DNA of 64,000 nucleotides from Octopus sinensis (lineage: Eukaryota). The notes beneath the pieces were generated by a model that worked only from the letters and a program-made list of their open reading frames with translations, made no database searches and was not told where the DNA came from. The position numbers and the translations under genes are program-made. Shown one piece after another: positions 61,291-64,000 of the stretch. The DNA lies in NCBI RefSeq assembly GCF_006345805.1, contig NC_042998.1, forward strand, positions 176,266,001-176,330,000, in the 5' to 3' direction. Position 1 is the first letter of the stretch. Each line of letters starts with the position of its first letter.

Positions 61291-61883
61291 GAAAAAATTG
61301 GAGTCAACAAGAAGGAGTACGGTTGGACATGTATTTTTGAGCACTACAATTGTTTCCATGCATTCTAGTTCTCTAGACGTGCAGGTACTTGATTATGCAA
61401 CCATTTCCTTGCATTAAGTGTAATAGTCCCTGAGTTTATCAGAGTGTGTGGTTGCTGAAGGGCCGTTGGCAAACTGCTTCGAAAATGTAGATATAGTTGG
61501 ATGGTGGTTCTGCTACTGTGAAAATGGTTGTCGTTTTAAAGGGCAACCATCTTAACAGTAACAGAATCACCATCGCACAACATCTACACATTCAAAGCAG
61601 TTTACCAACGGTCCTTCAGTAACAACACACCCTGATAAACTCAGGGACTACTACTATATTTAGGCCACGACAGACAAATAGGGTGTCTTTGAAGCCGAGG
61701 ATTTGAACTTACGGAGACAATATTTACACATCGCCTGAGGAAACACAACTAGAATTCATAATGCAGGGAAACGGTTGCATAATCAAGTACCCGCACGCGT
61801 GGAGAACTACATTGCGTGGAAACAATTGTAGCGATTAAAATATGTATGTCCAACCGTACTCCTTGTTGACACCAATTTTTTCA
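61291..61883. repeat. Diverged ~600-bp palindrome (PLE pseudo-LTR-like arms)
   Basis: 61291-61525 is the reverse complement of 61545-61883 except for a ~105-nt segment present only in the right arm. Confidence 0.85.
61730..61835 (+). ncRNA. Candidate type I hammerhead ribozyme with a large multi-hairpin stem II domain
   Basis: atcgc-CTGAGGA-[77 nt]-GAA-ACAATTGT-A-gcgat; perfect 5-bp stem I, palindromic stem III, GUA site. Confidence 0.65.
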
Positions 61884-61914
61884 ATATTTTCAATTACACA
61901 CACACTAAATTATG

Positions 61915-62027
61915 CTTATGTTGGCTTGCTCGCTTAGCCAGCGGAGTGGCGTCATTTGAAGGCTAAAACAATGCGAAGCGCATTGTGACCAGCGATGTGT
62001 AGCAACATCCGATAGCCTGGTCGCTCA
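61915..62027 (+). mobile_element. SINE family C, 3' part
   Basis: Matches 60590-60700. Confidence 0.75.
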
Positions 62028-63406
62028 CAAACATCTTACTTTGGCAAAACGCTGGTGGGCGAGGGAGGATGACTTCATATTATTTGATCGTCAAATTGTC
62101 CACTTTCGATCAGCATAGAAGTTTCACCTCCCTTCAACTTGATAATTCTTCACAACTCAAATGAAACACTAACCTCGGTAATCCCAACAAGTTATCCAGA
62201 TAGGCAAGTCTAGGGGAGATTTCAAAAGGTCACAGACACTGCCCTTCTAGTTCACTGTTACAATGGCATTTACCAATAAGTAAATGCATGCATACATACA
62301 TGCAAAGCAGATACACTTGTGTATCTCCCAACATTTAATAAAACTTTACTGGACTGATATTTATTGTGTGTCATGCAAAGATAAATTATTTTTATAATCC
62401 GAAATTTTCAAGGAAACACGAGCAACAAAAGAAAGAAAAAAAAGAAGACTGAGTAATAAACATAAAATCTACAAAAGAAAAATGTAATATTAATCTCTTT
62501 CTTATCATATATTTTATCTCTGATATCTAAGCTAAAAATACGGCGTACTTTCCGTCTATTAAGAAGAAGAACGACTGCTTCTACTGGCGTTTAGTTGATT
62601 CAAATTATAACAAACAGTTTTACTGAACCTTATATCTCTTGCAACTGTATGCTGACCTATAACATTCGAACTATAAAGACTGATGTTTGAAAAGTAATAG
62701 GGCTTAACATATTACGTTCTTCTGTTAGTGTAAGGAAGATAATAAATAATGCTTTATCTTAATCTGTAACTAATACACTCTAGCTAAACACTAATTAACG
62801 CGAGAAAGTTGTATGTCGGTGTGCAGTGAGATAGAGCAAATACTAATGTTTCAAGTGGTGCACTTTATCGAGTTAAGTCTACCAATTCTTGCGGTGGTCC
62901 TTAATTTATTTACACTGATAGTCTAGACACCAGGTGTCCCTTATGTAAGGCACCATTTAAACATTCTATATTTAAATGATAACTTACTTATGTGGAGCCG
63001 CTGTATGTTTCCTGATACATAAGCTGAGCATTGACATTAAAAAAACTACAAGTGTGTCTGAGTGTATGAACAAGTAAATAATTAGATAAATCCTCCGTTG
63101 GTTTCGACGACGACTATTATTCCATTTGTTTTATCAACTGAACTGCTTATCTATGGAATTATAGTGTAATTGGCTGAATATTCCATAGACACAAGTATCG
63201 TAATGTAATTTTTGAGCATAGTCAGCATGATACAATGTGCGACAAAACACGGTCCTTTGAATAACAAGTGTAACTTATCAGACGGGCTTCCACGCAGTTT
63301 CCTTCTGATAACCACCAAATTACAGAATATTGATCAATCATAGACATTCAGACAAAGAGCCGAGCAGTAGGACTGAATCCGAATCACCTGGTTCCGAAGC
63401 AAATCC

Positions 63407-63635
63407 CATTTCTTTACTACCCACAAGGGGCTAAACACAGAGAGGACAAACAAGGACAGACAAACGGATTAAGTCGATTATATCGACCCTAGTGCGTAAC
63501 TGGTACTTATTTAATCGACCCCGAAAGGATGAAAGGCAAAGTCGACCTTGGCGGAATTTGAACTCAGAACGTAGCGGCAGACGAAATACTGCTAAGCATT
63601 TCGCCCGGCGTGCTAACGTTTCTGCCAGCTCGCCA
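63407..63635 (-). mobile_element. SINE family B, full length
   Basis: Complete head to tail. Confidence 0.95.
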
Positions 63636-63819
63636 CGCACTTGAACAAACATGTTATTCCACGCACATGCGCTAACATGTTATTCAATTGGTTATTCTGT
63701 TGTATAGTCGAAACTATATGTAACTCAGCTCTTACATTACCTTGATTGCATGGTTTAATCTGCAATTTGTATACTAAACTTCAGTGGCTGTAACTGCGTA
63801 TAATAGACATTGAGGTATA

Positions 63820-63844
63820 TGGAAACTGAAAGAGGCCCGTCGTA

Positions 63845-63905
<61 letters not shown>

Positions 63906-64000
63906 ATGCATGTGTGTGTATATGTTTGTGTGTCTGTGTTTGTCCCACCAACATCGCTTGACAACCGATGCTGGTGTGTTTGCGTTCCTGTAACTTAGCG
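63820..64000 (+). mobile_element. SINE family A, partial (runs off the window end)
   Basis: ggaaactgaaagaggcccgtcg...gacaaccgatgctggtgtg. Confidence 0.85.

Overview
A repeat-saturated, AT-rich eukaryotic window. It looks octopod/cephalopod on the basis of its tRNA-derived SINE families and dense (TA)n/(CA)n tracts; this is an inference. No host protein-coding gene can be supported, and most ORFs in the track are microsatellite or SINE read-through artefacts. Recognisable elements are three SINE families (~35 copies or fragments), non-autonomous Helitron-like elements, piggyBac- and Tc1/mariner-type MITEs, and a deleted mariner transposase. There are also R4/Dong-like and Tx1-like LINE fragments, two Gypsy integrase/3'LTR remnants, and several Penelope-like (PLE; RT thumb + GIY-YIG) fossils. 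The most interesting layer is a set of type I hammerhead ribozyme (HHR) folds read by eye. Five have complete or near-complete cores: 2481-2531(-), 12615-12659(-), 30658-30754(-), 45783-45833(-) and 61730-61835(+). Together they show all of C3-G8, G3-C8 and U3-A8 at the core tertiary pair, and four have palindromic stem III. One lies in a ~356-bp tandem, retrozyme-like unit. Four of the five lie in or beside local inversions (all except 45783-45833). Activity is untested.
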